A model generated the notes under the pieces. That model was not told the DNA's origin. It did not search any database and worked only from the letters and a program-made list of their open reading frames with translations. The position numbers and the translations under genes are program-made. 64,000 nucleotides of DNA from Bdellovibrionales bacterium (lineage in GTDB: Bacteria > Bdellovibrionota > Bdellovibrionia > Bdellovibrionales > JAUICD01), in the NCBI GenBank assembly GCA_965203275.1, contig OZ241865.1, positions 192,001-256,000 of the forward strand, read 5' to 3'. Positions 42,130 to 52,554 of this stretch are shown here, piece after piece (position 1 is the first letter of the stretch; each line of letters starts with the position of its first letter).

Positions 42130-43047
42130 ATGAAAAGTATAATGAAAAAAATTATTTTATCAGCTATTTTATTTATGGCTATCGTTTTGAATCTTTACAG
42201 TCAAGTTATGGCTACAGACCTTTCTGACAAAGGGTACCTAGGTCATCAAAGGGATTTTTCTGAAAATACAACAAATGATGAGTTAGACAACAGCAATCGT
42301 TTAACACCGGAAGAAATTCATAATTTTTTAGATACAATAAATACTTCTTTAGAAGCAGTAGCTAGCCGTTCTGGTTATCAATTAGATAAGTCTTACACAT
42401 ATTTAGATTTTGCAAAGAGTTTTTATCTTTTAGGTATTGGGATTGGGATAGTAGGAGGCTCTGCTGCTGTAGGAGGCAGTACTTATAACGCTGTATCTTC
42501 TGGTGCTGATTTTAATTTTACAACAGCAACAGCTACGGGCAGTGTTGTTTTAGGTCATATTATTGGTAATGTTATAACTGTGTTATTTCCTTTAGCTTCT
42601 GCTCCTGCTAAGATAAAGAAGGCTGCTACAATCACTACTGTAACAGGAGCTCTTATTACTAGTGCTACTGTGGGAGCAGGTGCAGCGTCGGCGGCTTCTT
42701 ATGTAACTGAGACTACTGATATTCAACGGAATACCCCTATTCCTGGCATTTCTGATGCTACTTATGTCAATGATCATTATAGAATGAAACTGCACTATAG
42801 AGTGACACATGCTTCAGGATCTCACACTATAGAAAATGCTTGTTTATTATTTTTTTCTATTGATCCTTTTGGTGGACTTAATGATTATGTTATGAATTTC
42901 GAATTAGATGCTTGTGATGATAGTGATATATTTCCACAAGAGCAAAAAGGATGGATTAGAATAGGTGATTTTGTTGACCCTTCTGATATACTTATGGGAC
43001 AGAGCAAGGTTGTTGCTTCAGGTCAATTTAAGTTATTAGGTCGGTAA
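42130..43047 (+). CDS. Secreted/membrane hypothetical protein with Gly/Ala/Thr-rich hydrophobic helices
   Basis: Signal peptide, 305-aa ORF. Confidence 0.7.
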   Translation: MKSIMKKIILSAILFMAIVLNLYSQVMATDLSDKGYLGHQRDFSENTTNDELDNSNRLTPEEIHNFLDTINTSLEAVASRSGYQLDKSYTYLDFAKSFYLLGIGIGIVGGSAAVGGSTYNAVSSGADFNFTTATATGSVVLGHIIGNVITVLFPLASAPAKIKKAATITTVTGALITSATVGAGAASAASYVTETTDIQRNTPIPGISDATYVNDHYRMKLHYRVTHASGSHTIENACLLFFSIDPFGGLNDYVMNFELDACDDSDIFPQEQKGWIRIGDFVDPSDILMGQSKVVASGQFKLLGR

Positions 43048-43348
43048 TGAAACTGTCCAGTTCAATGATCATATCAGAGAGTTTATCAGCTTTTAAGAAG
43101 CTGTTAGTTTTTTGATTGTTAGGCTTTGAGTGTTTGGATTTTGAGTGTTAGGTTTTGGATGTTAAATTTGTTTGAGCTTTGAGTGTTAGGTTTTGTTTGA
43201 GTGTTAAAGTTTTTTAGTTTGGTTGGTTGAATCTTTTCTCTTATCTTTAATTATATATTTTATATTGTAAGCCACTTTAAGCTTCCTTTTTTGATTTCTT
43301 ATCATGATTATTTTAGTTTTAGATGGATTGTTTTATTTTTTTGTTGGT

Positions 43349-46343
43349 TTATTTGATTTGTTGAGATTTTATAAATTCAAACCAAGCTTTTTTGCTTAAA
43401 TCTGGTTTAAAATTATTTTCACTATTTTTTGAAAGTTGCTGGAGCATCAATAAGCCTTTAAGGGCAATATGATAAGCTCCATTAGCATCTGCATTTTGAG
43501 GCATAGAATGATCTTTTAATTTGCTTGAATGAAAAAAGTGACCTCGATGATCTTTGACTGGTGATATCATCCAATCTTCATCTGTGTTAACTCTGCTATT
43601 ACGCATTTGCAAAGTCAATTTAAATAATCTCATAAGCTCCTTAAAAAACTCTCTTTTATCTTGTTTTGTGATAGCCTCAATTAAACATTCTTCATCTTTA
43701 AACTCAATAGAATACTTTTTAAACAGCTCTATTATTTCTTGAGTTATATCCACTTTACGAGTATCCCATTGATTGTTCTTTTTGCTATCTCTAAAACTTT
43801 CTAGTCGGATGCCGTGACTGCATATCATCCATTTTTGTTGTAAGCCCTCTACTTTTTTGTTAAAGCTTTCATAATTTATATGAAATTCAAAATAATTTTC
43901 AGAAGGATGGAGACAAATCTGATCAAATTGACTGAAAAACTCTTTTGCTTTTCTTATAGTTTCATATCTTGGATAGAGTAAATTGATAAATCCTGTGGCA
44001 GGGCAAACTTTAGAGGTGTAATAAGAAGGAACATAAAAAATGAACCCTGTTTGTTTGCCCATTTTTTGAAAACTCTCAAACTTTTCAGTTAATTGTAAAG
44101 GTTTGAATAAACCTCCTAAGTCATGTGGCTCTTTATCCTTATCCTTAAAAATTAAGTAATGAAGTTTATCTATTAACATTTTTTCTAGCTTTTGATAAAC
44201 TTGTTTTTCTACTTTAAAGCGACCTCTTTTAAATCCAAAATTCAAATCTTCAAAGACTACAATGGCATTATGTTTAACCATTAGTTTTGTAATTTTATGT
44301 ACTACTTGAGAGAGATAACCTGTTTTAAGGTCTTTGATCTTTTCAATAGTATCCCAAGATTTTCTTGCCTGATCTCTTTCTTTTTCTCTGTTGTCTAAAA
44401 GTTTTTGGTAGTCTCTACCTTGATTCAAAGGCTCATTTAAACTATCTTGTTTCAAGATATTGCCTTTCTGGTCTATGACTGTGTAATAGGCTAGATGCCT
44501 TTCGCCTCTATCAATACCAATAATTTTCACATTATTTATATGTTTCTTAAGAGCTTGGTTGACTTTGTCATTAAATTTATTGACTTTTGACGCTTTAAAA
44601 TTACATTCAATAGGTACGTGAAAGAAATATTGATTTTTTGTAAATCTTTTATCTTTGATAATATCATAATCAAATATATTTTTTTTGCTCTTATTTTTTT
44701 TGCTTTGAATAAATTGGCCTTTAAGGTGAGTAATTTTTTTTGCATTTGAAATAGAAGCTTTTCTATAGAACAGCTCTGCCTTGCCACTGAGTTTATAGAT
44801 CACATCTTTAAGATTATCTTCATCAAACAAAGCTTTCCAATACATAGTATGAAGGTTCGGCTTACCTTTGTTGGATTTTTTCTTTTGAGAAAAATCCTTA
44901 TTATAAATTTGGAATAAATAAAGCTTACCTTCTCGAACACACTGATCAATATAGCTTTTGGATATATCTTGAAAAGTGATTTTATACCCTTGATGTTCTA
45001 CTTCACGATAAAAGTCATTTATTTCTTTATAATGTGTTGTTGGATTAAACTTAAAATCAAATTGCTTCCAGTCAGGGTGTTTTGCAATGGAATTTTTATA
45101 AAAATCAATCATCTTATACATATCTTGAAGATCAAAATCTTTCTTCTCAAAACCATTTTGAGTCTCTCCATTTTTGGTATGACTTGCATGATTTCTTATA
45201 GCTAAAATTTCTTCAGAAGGTGAGTAATTATTAATATTTTTCTGACTAAAAAAAACTTTTGGCAACATTTTACTGGCACCGGGTAATAACTTATAAATCA
45301 TTTTTTCATAATGTTCACCATTATTTGGCACATCACTATTTTCAAATAATTTCTTATGTTTTTTATCCATTATTCCAAGAAAATACTGGCTGTCTTTTTT
45401 AAATAATACACAGAAATTATCTTTTTCTTTATTTTGATCCCAACCATCTGCCAATATAGGATTTTCAAAATTTAGTTTATATTTTTCTATACTGTAAGGT
45501 TTTTTGGTGAGATAATTGCGAGTTTGATTAAAAAGTGGAACAACAGCATTTATAGACTTAAATAAAACATCAAAGTCACTGTAAAATAAGCCATCCTTTT
45601 CAAAAATATCTTTTTGATCTTTATCATTCCCTCTAATCTGAATAGATAAGGGTTTTAAAAAATGGTATAAGTCCATTAAGGACTCAAGATATTGTTTGAT
45701 AATATTTTTAGCTTTCTGATCATTTTTTAGTTTTTCATCCTTAGCATTTTTATATTTTTCTAATACTTTAATAGCTTTGGATTTTGCATCTTGTATATTT
45801 TCAAGTAGCCCAACTTTTTCAAATAAATTGCTTTCTTCATTTTTCTTTTTAATAGTGAGGGATTCAAAATATTTACAAAGAGGCTTATTAATAGCAATTT
45901 CTTTTTGTTCTTTTGTTGTTTTCCCTTGATCATCTTGATCTTCTTCTTTTAGTACTTCTTGATTTAATTCTTTATCTTTATACTGTTCAAAATATAACTC
46001 CAAAGCTTTATGAATATCATCAAAACTTAAATAAGATTGCTTTAGCCATTTTTCTCTATCTTTTAAAAGTTTTTGAGTTTCTTTTTTACCTTTTAGTAAA
46101 GGGTATACTTTTTCTGCAACATAATATTCAAGGCAACGTTGAATTACATTCCACTCACCAAAAAGATATTGTGATATATCTGTGATAGCCCGGTCATTTT
46201 TGATATAGAGTTTTTTAGGATCAGCTTCTTTTAATACCTTTAAAGATTCTATTAAATTTAGACTTTCTGTGATATTGTTTTCATTCTGATTGATCATTGT
46301 ATTGATTTGTAAATTCTTTGAATATTGAATCTGGGTTTTTCAT
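43349..46343 (-). pseudogene. cas12a: Cas12a (Cpf1) with internal N-terminal deletion and frameshift; 982-aa residual ORF 43349..46297
   Basis: RNYLTKKPYS, KLNFEN, KMLPKVFFS, GIDRGERHL, FEDLNFGFKRGR, PQNADANGAYHIALKG; true start MKNPDSIFKEFTNQY at 46343 is out of frame. Confidence 0.9.
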
Positions 46344-46801
46344 AATAGATAATCCTTTCATTTATTGTGTATTATGAGCTGTATTTAATTATGCATTGCA
46401 TAATTAAATGCAGTGCAATTGACCAAAGGCAAAACCAAGATGCTGACAATACTATCGTATCAAATGAAGATATAATACTTGCCTTCTGTTTATTGATACT
46501 TTTTTTTATCGGTATAAATGCTATTTAACTTAAGCATCTAAAGTATTTTATGAACCAAAAAATATAAAAACAGTTAAATCGTCTCAATTTGAATCAATCA
46601 TTTGATAAAAGTGTTTCAAAATGTATCAGTTATTTAATAATTAATAATATTTTTTATTTTTATGCTTTAGCTAAAATTTAATCTACCGATAAGTTTATAT
46701 GTTCTTACAAAATCAATTTTTTCATCAAAGCATACATATTTTTAAAACTATATTTTAATAAATTTTTAAATTTAATTCATTATTTCAAAAAAGGAGAAAT
46801 T

Positions 46802-49800
46802 ATGTCCCACTCTACCAATAATAATAAAACAAACTTTGACAATCCATATCAATACACAAGAGCTATTCGCTTTAAATTAGAACCTCAAAAACAAAGTAAA
46901 TGCTTTTTGAAAAAAATAAAGCAGAACAATCAAGAAGAAATTAATCTTAAAGATTTATCAAATCTTTTGCTAGAAATATATGAAAGTTTACATCAATTGA
47001 TCTATGTAGATAGTAAAAAAGAAGAAAAGAACGATCAAGATTCCAAAGATAAGAGTAAAAAATATAGCAAAAAAATATCTATCAATAAAACATGGCTTAA
47101 AACTTGGCACAAAGAACAATTCTACTATTTAATCAAAGAAAGCAACAACAGGCAAGGTAAATATGCTCTTAAAGATTTAAAACCTATACACTATTTAAAT
47201 CAATGGTTTCAAAACTGGGGAGAATTAAGCAAGCAGTTTAAAAATCTGTCTCAAAAGCCATTAGAAGATCAGGCTCGAAAAAGTGAAATAGCTCATATCA
47301 TTAGGAGTTTACTGAATATAAAGAATTTACCTTATATTATGGATTTTCTTAAAGAACTTCATACTAAAAATACACAGCTAGATGAAAAAGTTAAAAAGCT
47401 TAAAGAAAATTTAGAGAAGGCACAGAAAGACCTCAGAAATGCAGAAAAAGAATATTTATCTAGCAGTGCAGAAGGTATTGAAATAGCCAAAGCTAGCTTT
47501 AACTATTACACTGTTAATAAAAAATCAAAAGAAGACTATAGTAGAGAATTGGAAGAATTGAAAAAAAAGAAAAAAGAAAATCATTTTTCAAATATTGAAG
47601 AAGGTAAAAATAACACTTTTTTAATAAAGTTAGATGCAAACCATTTTTTAAATAAAAAGCTTAAGGATATAGAATCAGATCAAAAAATAAAAAAACAAGC
47701 AGAAATATTCACATTTAAAAGTGAACAAGAAAAAGAATGGCTTAAAAGATATTGTGCTGAGTATAAGCTTGGAGATATAACTAAAGACACCTGTCATCTT
47801 TCCTTAGATAGAACGTATGATTTGATGAAATCTTTTAAAGCAGAACAAAAATCTATTTTTTATGAAGTGATGGCTCATATTGCAAGTGATGAAAAGAAAG
47901 GGAGTAGTTACACAGTCAAAAATAAAAATCTTAAAGATTATGAATTGAGTTATAAACATCTTAATCAAGAAAGTATCAATAAAACATTTTCTTTATTCCA
48001 ATTTAATGACAACCATAAAAATTTACATTATAGAAATAGATCAGTAGAAAAATATAATGAGTTTGTGAAGCTAACTAAAGACATTCAAAAAGAAGGCAAA
48101 GCAAAAGAAAGAGGAAAATGGCTTTTTTGTTCAAATAAAAATCATCGTTTTTATTTTACAGAATATGGTGAATTTTGTGATTACTACAAAAAAATAGCAC
48201 AGGACAGAGGTAAACTCATTGCTCAAATCAAAGGCATTGAAAAAGAAAGAGATGAAGCTGTGCAGACAGAGTATTGGAGTTTAATTTATATAAAAGCTCA
48301 TCAAAAGCAACTTTGGTTGATACCTAAAAGCAAGATGCAAGATGCTAAAAAAAATATTAATCGTCTTCAAGATAGGCAAAGTAATTCACTTCAAAAAGAT
48401 AACTTTTGTATTTTTGAATCTTTAACTATGAGAGCCTTACATAAACTGTGTTTTGCTGAAGAAAGCACTTTTGTAAGAGATATGCCAGAAGATTTACAGA
48501 ATCTTCAAAAACAAGCTAAAGAAATCAAAACTGATGGAGATAAACAAAAGGTCAAAGAAAAAGATCAGAAAAAACTTGAATATCTCAAAGAAGTATTAAA
48601 GTCAGATTACGCTAAAGACAAACTACAATTGGAAAACTTCAATCTAAAAGAAGTTAATAAAGCGGAAACCTTGCAAGAATTTGAAAAAGCTTTAGAAAAA
48701 AACTGCTACTATGTTGTTCAAAAAACATTTGCTAATAAAGAAGATAAAGAGGATTTCATTAAAAAGTTTGATGTCATTGTGTTAAATTTAACTTCTTATG
48801 ACTTAGAAAAACGAAACAAAAATACTCATCAAAACCCTCACATTGAAACTGAAAATAAATATCATACTGATTTATGGCAAGCCTTTTGGAGTAATTTTTG
48901 GAATAAAGAGATAAATGTAAAAAAAATTAATGTGGGTGAAGTACGTTTAAACCCTGAAGTTAAAATCAGGTATCGGAGTATCGATAAAGATTTAGAAAAA
49001 TACCTTAAAGAAAGAGGTTTTTCTGATCAATTTAAGCATCGTAGGAAGCAGGAGCAAATCACAGTTAATTTCACTTTAGCACTTAATGCAGGTAAGAGAT
49101 ATGAAGAACTTGCTTTTACAAAACCTGAAGAAATAAGAGAGAAAATCGATAACTTCAATCAAAACTTTAATAATGAGCATGATTTTAAAACAGCTTGGAA
49201 ATATGGCATTGATCGAGGACAAATTGAACTGGCTACTTTATGCCTTGTCAAATTTGATCCTGATAAAGACATGTACCAAGTCAATGGTAAAAGCATAGCT
49301 CAGCCTACTTTTCAACAAAAAATTAAGTGTTATACCTTAAAAGACTACAATCATTCAAAGCCTTATGATGATGGTAAGGAAAGAAAAGAAACTGATCGTA
49401 AGGCTATTAAGAATCTCTCTTATTTTCTTGATAAAAATAAAGAACCCAATAAAGATATTTTTGAGTCTCATTCTGTCTCTTGCTTAGATTTGACCACAGC
49501 TAAGGTGATCAAAGGTAAAATTTTCACCAATGGTGATGTGATGACTTACTTGAAACTCAAGAAAGCATCAGCTAAACGCCAGCTTTATGAAATTTATGCT
49601 CAAAGCAAAATAAATGCAAGTGTAACATTGGAATGGAGTGAATACAAAGATGGTAAAGAAAAAGAACATCATCCTGAAGGTGTTTTGAATATAAAGTATG
49701 GTGAAAAAGAAATAAAAACTATTTATGAATATTCCACAAAATATAAAGATGTTCTATCTAAGGAACAAATTAAAACAGATCTCAATCGCTATCTTGAGGA

Positions 49801-50779
49801 ACTATTTAAAAATAAGACAAGTCATACACCTGAAATTTTACAAATCAATCATTTAAGAGATGCCATCACTGCCAATATGGTAGGTGTGATCTGTCACTTA
49901 CAGAAAACATATCCTGGCTTTGTGATTTTAGAAGATCTCGATCCAGGAAAAGTCAATCGTGTATCAGATGGTTTTCAAGATGATGAAAATATTGCCCGCA
50001 GATTAGAGAATGCTCTTTATAATAAGTTTCAAGCTTTGGGTTCAGTTCCGCCTCATGTTAAAGACATTATTCAACTGAGAGAAGATGTCAGAGATGAACA
50101 ACAGAAATGTGCAGTAAATATAAATACAATTGAAGACAATATAAAGAAAGTTAAAGAAGAACTCAATAAGTTAAATGAAAAAACGCCTCAAAATATTATT
50201 GATAAATACAAAAGAGAATTAAAAGTTTTAGAAGACCAGAAAAGTCAATATAATAAAAATTTTGTCAAGTCTTCACAAATAGGAGTGATTGTTTTTGTGG
50301 ACGAAAAAAATACAAGTCAAAACTGCCCTTACTGTGAAAAAGGACAGCCAGCATCAGAAAAAAACAAAAAAAAGAAATTCCAAGAAAAACAGTTTGTTTG
50401 CCAATTATGTGGTTTTAATACTCAAAATCTTAATAAAGAACATATTTTAAAAGACATCAATGACCCTGATAAAGTAGCGGCTTATAACATTGCTAAAAAG
50501 CTAAAAACCTCTAATGAGATTGGTAAAATGGAGCCACTTCAGTCTCAAAACACTGAAGGTAAAAATGTACACAGTTATCAAAATAAAAATCATCGGACTA
50601 AACAAAAGCATGATAACTCAAAAAAAGGTGAAGCCTTCAACAAACAAAAGCACAATCTACAAAAAATCCATCCACTACAGAGCAATCAAAGGCAGGCAAA
50701 TTCAAAGCAACTAAAACATCAACCCTTTAAAGATTTAAAAAAGATGATCAGTGAAGAAAATGAAAGGCCCCATCCTTAA
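46802..50779 (+). CDS. Type V CRISPR effector of the Cms1 Smithella-type clade (Cas12a3/Cas12a2-like), 1325 aa, intact
   Basis: YQYTRAIRFKL, IAKASFNYYTVNKK, FESLTMRALHKLCF, RLNPE, GIDRGQIELATL, LDLTTAKV, ILEDL, CPYC..CQLC, NDPDKVAAYNIAK. Confidence 0.88.
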   Translation: MSHSTNNNKTNFDNPYQYTRAIRFKLEPQKQSKCFLKKIKQNNQEEINLKDLSNLLLEIYESLHQLIYVDSKKEEKNDQDSKDKSKKYSKKISINKTWLKTWHKEQFYYLIKESNNRQGKYALKDLKPIHYLNQWFQNWGELSKQFKNLSQKPLEDQARKSEIAHIIRSLLNIKNLPYIMDFLKELHTKNTQLDEKVKKLKENLEKAQKDLRNAEKEYLSSSAEGIEIAKASFNYYTVNKKSKEDYSRELEELKKKKKENHFSNIEEGKNNTFLIKLDANHFLNKKLKDIESDQKIKKQAEIFTFKSEQEKEWLKRYCAEYKLGDITKDTCHLSLDRTYDLMKSFKAEQKSIFYEVMAHIASDEKKGSSYTVKNKNLKDYELSYKHLNQESINKTFSLFQFNDNHKNLHYRNRSVEKYNEFVKLTKDIQKEGKAKERGKWLFCSNKNHRFYFTEYGEFCDYYKKIAQDRGKLIAQIKGIEKERDEAVQTEYWSLIYIKAHQKQLWLIPKSKMQDAKKNINRLQDRQSNSLQKDNFCIFESLTMRALHKLCFAEESTFVRDMPEDLQNLQKQAKEIKTDGDKQKVKEKDQKKLEYLKEVLKSDYAKDKLQLENFNLKEVNKAETLQEFEKALEKNCYYVVQKTFANKEDKEDFIKKFDVIVLNLTSYDLEKRNKNTHQNPHIETENKYHTDLWQAFWSNFWNKEINVKKINVGEVRLNPEVKIRYRSIDKDLEKYLKERGFSDQFKHRRKQEQITVNFTLALNAGKRYEELAFTKPEEIREKIDNFNQNFNNEHDFKTAWKYGIDRGQIELATLCLVKFDPDKDMYQVNGKSIAQPTFQQKIKCYTLKDYNHSKPYDDGKERKETDRKAIKNLSYFLDKNKEPNKDIFESHSVSCLDLTTAKVIKGKIFTNGDVMTYLKLKKASAKRQLYEIYAQSKINASVTLEWSEYKDGKEKEHHPEGVLNIKYGEKEIKTIYEYSTKYKDVLSKEQIKTDLNRYLEELFKNKTSHTPEILQINHLRDAITANMVGVICHLQKTYPGFVILEDLDPGKVNRVSDGFQDDENIARRLENALYNKFQALGSVPPHVKDIIQLREDVRDEQQKCAVNINTIEDNIKKVKEELNKLNEKTPQNIIDKYKRELKVLEDQKSQYNKNFVKSSQIGVIVFVDEKNTSQNCPYCEKGQPASEKNKKKKFQEKQFVCQLCGFNTQNLNKEHILKDINDPDKVAAYNIAKKLKTSNEIGKMEPLQSQNTEGKNVHSYQNKNHRTKQKHDNSKKGEAFNKQKHNLQKIHPLQSNQRQANSKQLKHQPFKDLKKMISEENERPHP

Positions 50780-50862
50780 AAAACAAGCTACAATTATAAA
50801 CAAATGTCAAATTTAGGATTTATCTTTTAAAAATATTTTTTAAAATATATGGTAATCTATGT

Positions 50863-51038
50863 TGTGGTCATTGCCCAAGGTGTAAGAAAGAAATTTTTCC
50901 TTAACATTGTGTTAAAAAACGAGAGGATCCTTCCTACTCAAAGTGAACAGGCTTTCTAGGTTGCCAGCTTTTGAGAAGGCGAAAGCCTTCAGCTGGCAAC
51001 CAGAAAGTGACCAGAGGTCAGTTCACTTTGAGTGAACC
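50863..51038 (-). repeat. Family A hairpin element inside the cas locus
   Basis: ACTCAAAGTGAAC/GTTCACTTTGAGT, GGTTGCCAGCT/AGCTGGCAACC. Confidence 0.85.
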
Positions 51039-51041
51039 AAA

Positions 51042-51198
51042 TTATATGTTGTTGTCAAAAGAAGCTTCATTAAGAGTCCTATATTCCTAGTGTACATAAG
51101 TTTGATGTATTTATCAATAATGCATATCAAATATGAAAAATCAGACTTGACGCATTAAAATAGCTGTTTTCAACCTGTGCATTTTGTTCAACCTATAT
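51042..51198 (-). pseudogene. Collapsed remnant of a DUF1640-like paralog (last codons joined to its upstream region)
   Basis: 51056-51081 matches 40936-40961; 51093-51198 matches 41611-41724. Confidence 0.6.
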
Positions 51199-51402
51199 CT
51201 TACAGTCAGGGATGACCCATCCTTCTTGATCATTTTTATCTTAAAATGAATTAGGATAAAAAAATAATAATAACTCAGAAAATCACAATATTGATTGAAC
51301 TTAATTAGCAGATTCTCAAAATGAAAATAAATTTTCTCTAAATCATAAAAATTTTTGTTTTAAGAACTAAAGGATTAAGCATTTTTTACCGATAAATCTA
51401 AT

Positions 51403-51624
51403 ATGGAATCTTATGTCTCTATATCTTTTTTGAATGATTTTATTTTTTGTCCTCGCTCTATTTACTTTCATCAAATTTATGGTAGGCAAGAGCAAATCTC
51501 TTACCAAGATATTCCACAAATTGCAGGCAAAGTAGCCCATCAAACTATTGATTCCAAATCTTATAGCACTCGCAAAAACATCCTGCAAGGCATTCCTGTT
51601 TATTCTTCAAAATACCAAATATAT
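51403..51624 (+). pseudogene. cas4: Cas4 N-terminal fragment (type V-A subtype)
   Basis: ISFLNDFIFCPRSIYFH, QIAGKVAH; stops before the G.ID/ExK nuclease motifs and the C-terminal Cys cluster. Confidence 0.85.
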
Positions 51625-52285
51625 TGCCACACATATTATTAAAAATAAAATAGAAAATCAAAACCACTTACTAAGAAAAGTTCGCAACAAAGATCATTCG
51701 ATTAGGCAAAGTATTGAAAGGCTTGATATTTTCAAAGAAAATCTTAATTCACGTCAATTAACACTGAAAGAAATTTTAGGATTTGAAGGTATTGCTTCTA
51801 AAGAATATTTTAAAATTTTGTTTAGAGATTGCAACTGGATTGTGCGAAGACCAAGAGTGAAACATGATCCTATCAACTCTTTGCAAGATACGGGTTATAC
51901 AATGCTTTTTAATTTTATTGAAGGTTTATTGGGGCTTTATGGTTTTGATGTTTATAAAGGAGTGTATCATCAGTGTTTTTATCAGAGGAAGTCCCTCGTG
52001 TGTGATTTAATAGAACCTTTTAGACCTATTGTGGATGCTCGCATTAAGAAAGCGTATGGACTTGGACAAATCAAAAAAGAAGACTTTATAGAGGTCAATA
52101 AACAATATCGTCTTTTTGGAAAGAAAAGCCAACCTTATATTGCGTGGCTTTTAAAAGCTATTTTGAAACATAAAAATCCTATGTTCTTTTATGTGCAACA
52201 ATATTATAGATGCTTTATGCAAGAGAAGCTTATAAAAGATTATCCAATTTTTCTTTTGTCACAGCAAGAGGAGGATAAATGTTGA
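51623..52285 (+). pseudogene. cas1: Cas1 C-terminal fragment (N-terminal domain deleted)
   Basis: NKIENQ, LGFEGIASKEYF, RRPRVKHDPIN, GVYH, SLVCDLIEPFR; no own start. Confidence 0.88.
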
Positions 52286-52554
52286 TTGTGGCTTATGATA
52301 TTAGCGAGGATAAATTAAGAGGAAAGCTAGCTAAGTTTTTGTGCAAATTTGGCTATCGTTTACAATATTCTGTTTTTCAAATCAGGAACAGTGAAAGAAT
52401 GTTAAATAATTTAATATCAGAGATAGAAGGTTCTTTTGTTAAACATTTTACACAATCTGATAGTGTGATTATTTTTTCTTTGAGTCGAACTTGTAAGGTG
52501 ATTAAGTTTGGTTATGCTCAAAATGATGATGAGGATTTAATCTTTGTAGCTTAA
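52279..52554 (+). CDS. cas2: CRISPR-associated endonuclease Cas2
   Basis: MLIVAYDISEDKLR, GYRLQYSVF, DSV; GAGGAG RBS. Confidence 0.95.
   Translation: MLIVAYDISEDKLRGKLAKFLCKFGYRLQYSVFQIRNSERMLNNLISEIEGSFVKHFTQSDSVIIFSLSRTCKVIKFGYAQNDDEDLIFVA

Noticed and set aside
43349..46297. 982-aa ORF as a natural compact Cas12a
   Set aside because: The genuine N-terminus is present 46 nt upstream and out of frame, which points to a deletion
51548..51622. N-terminus MIPNLIALAK of the 245-aa cas1 ORF
   Set aside because: It is cas4 sequence read in the wrong frame
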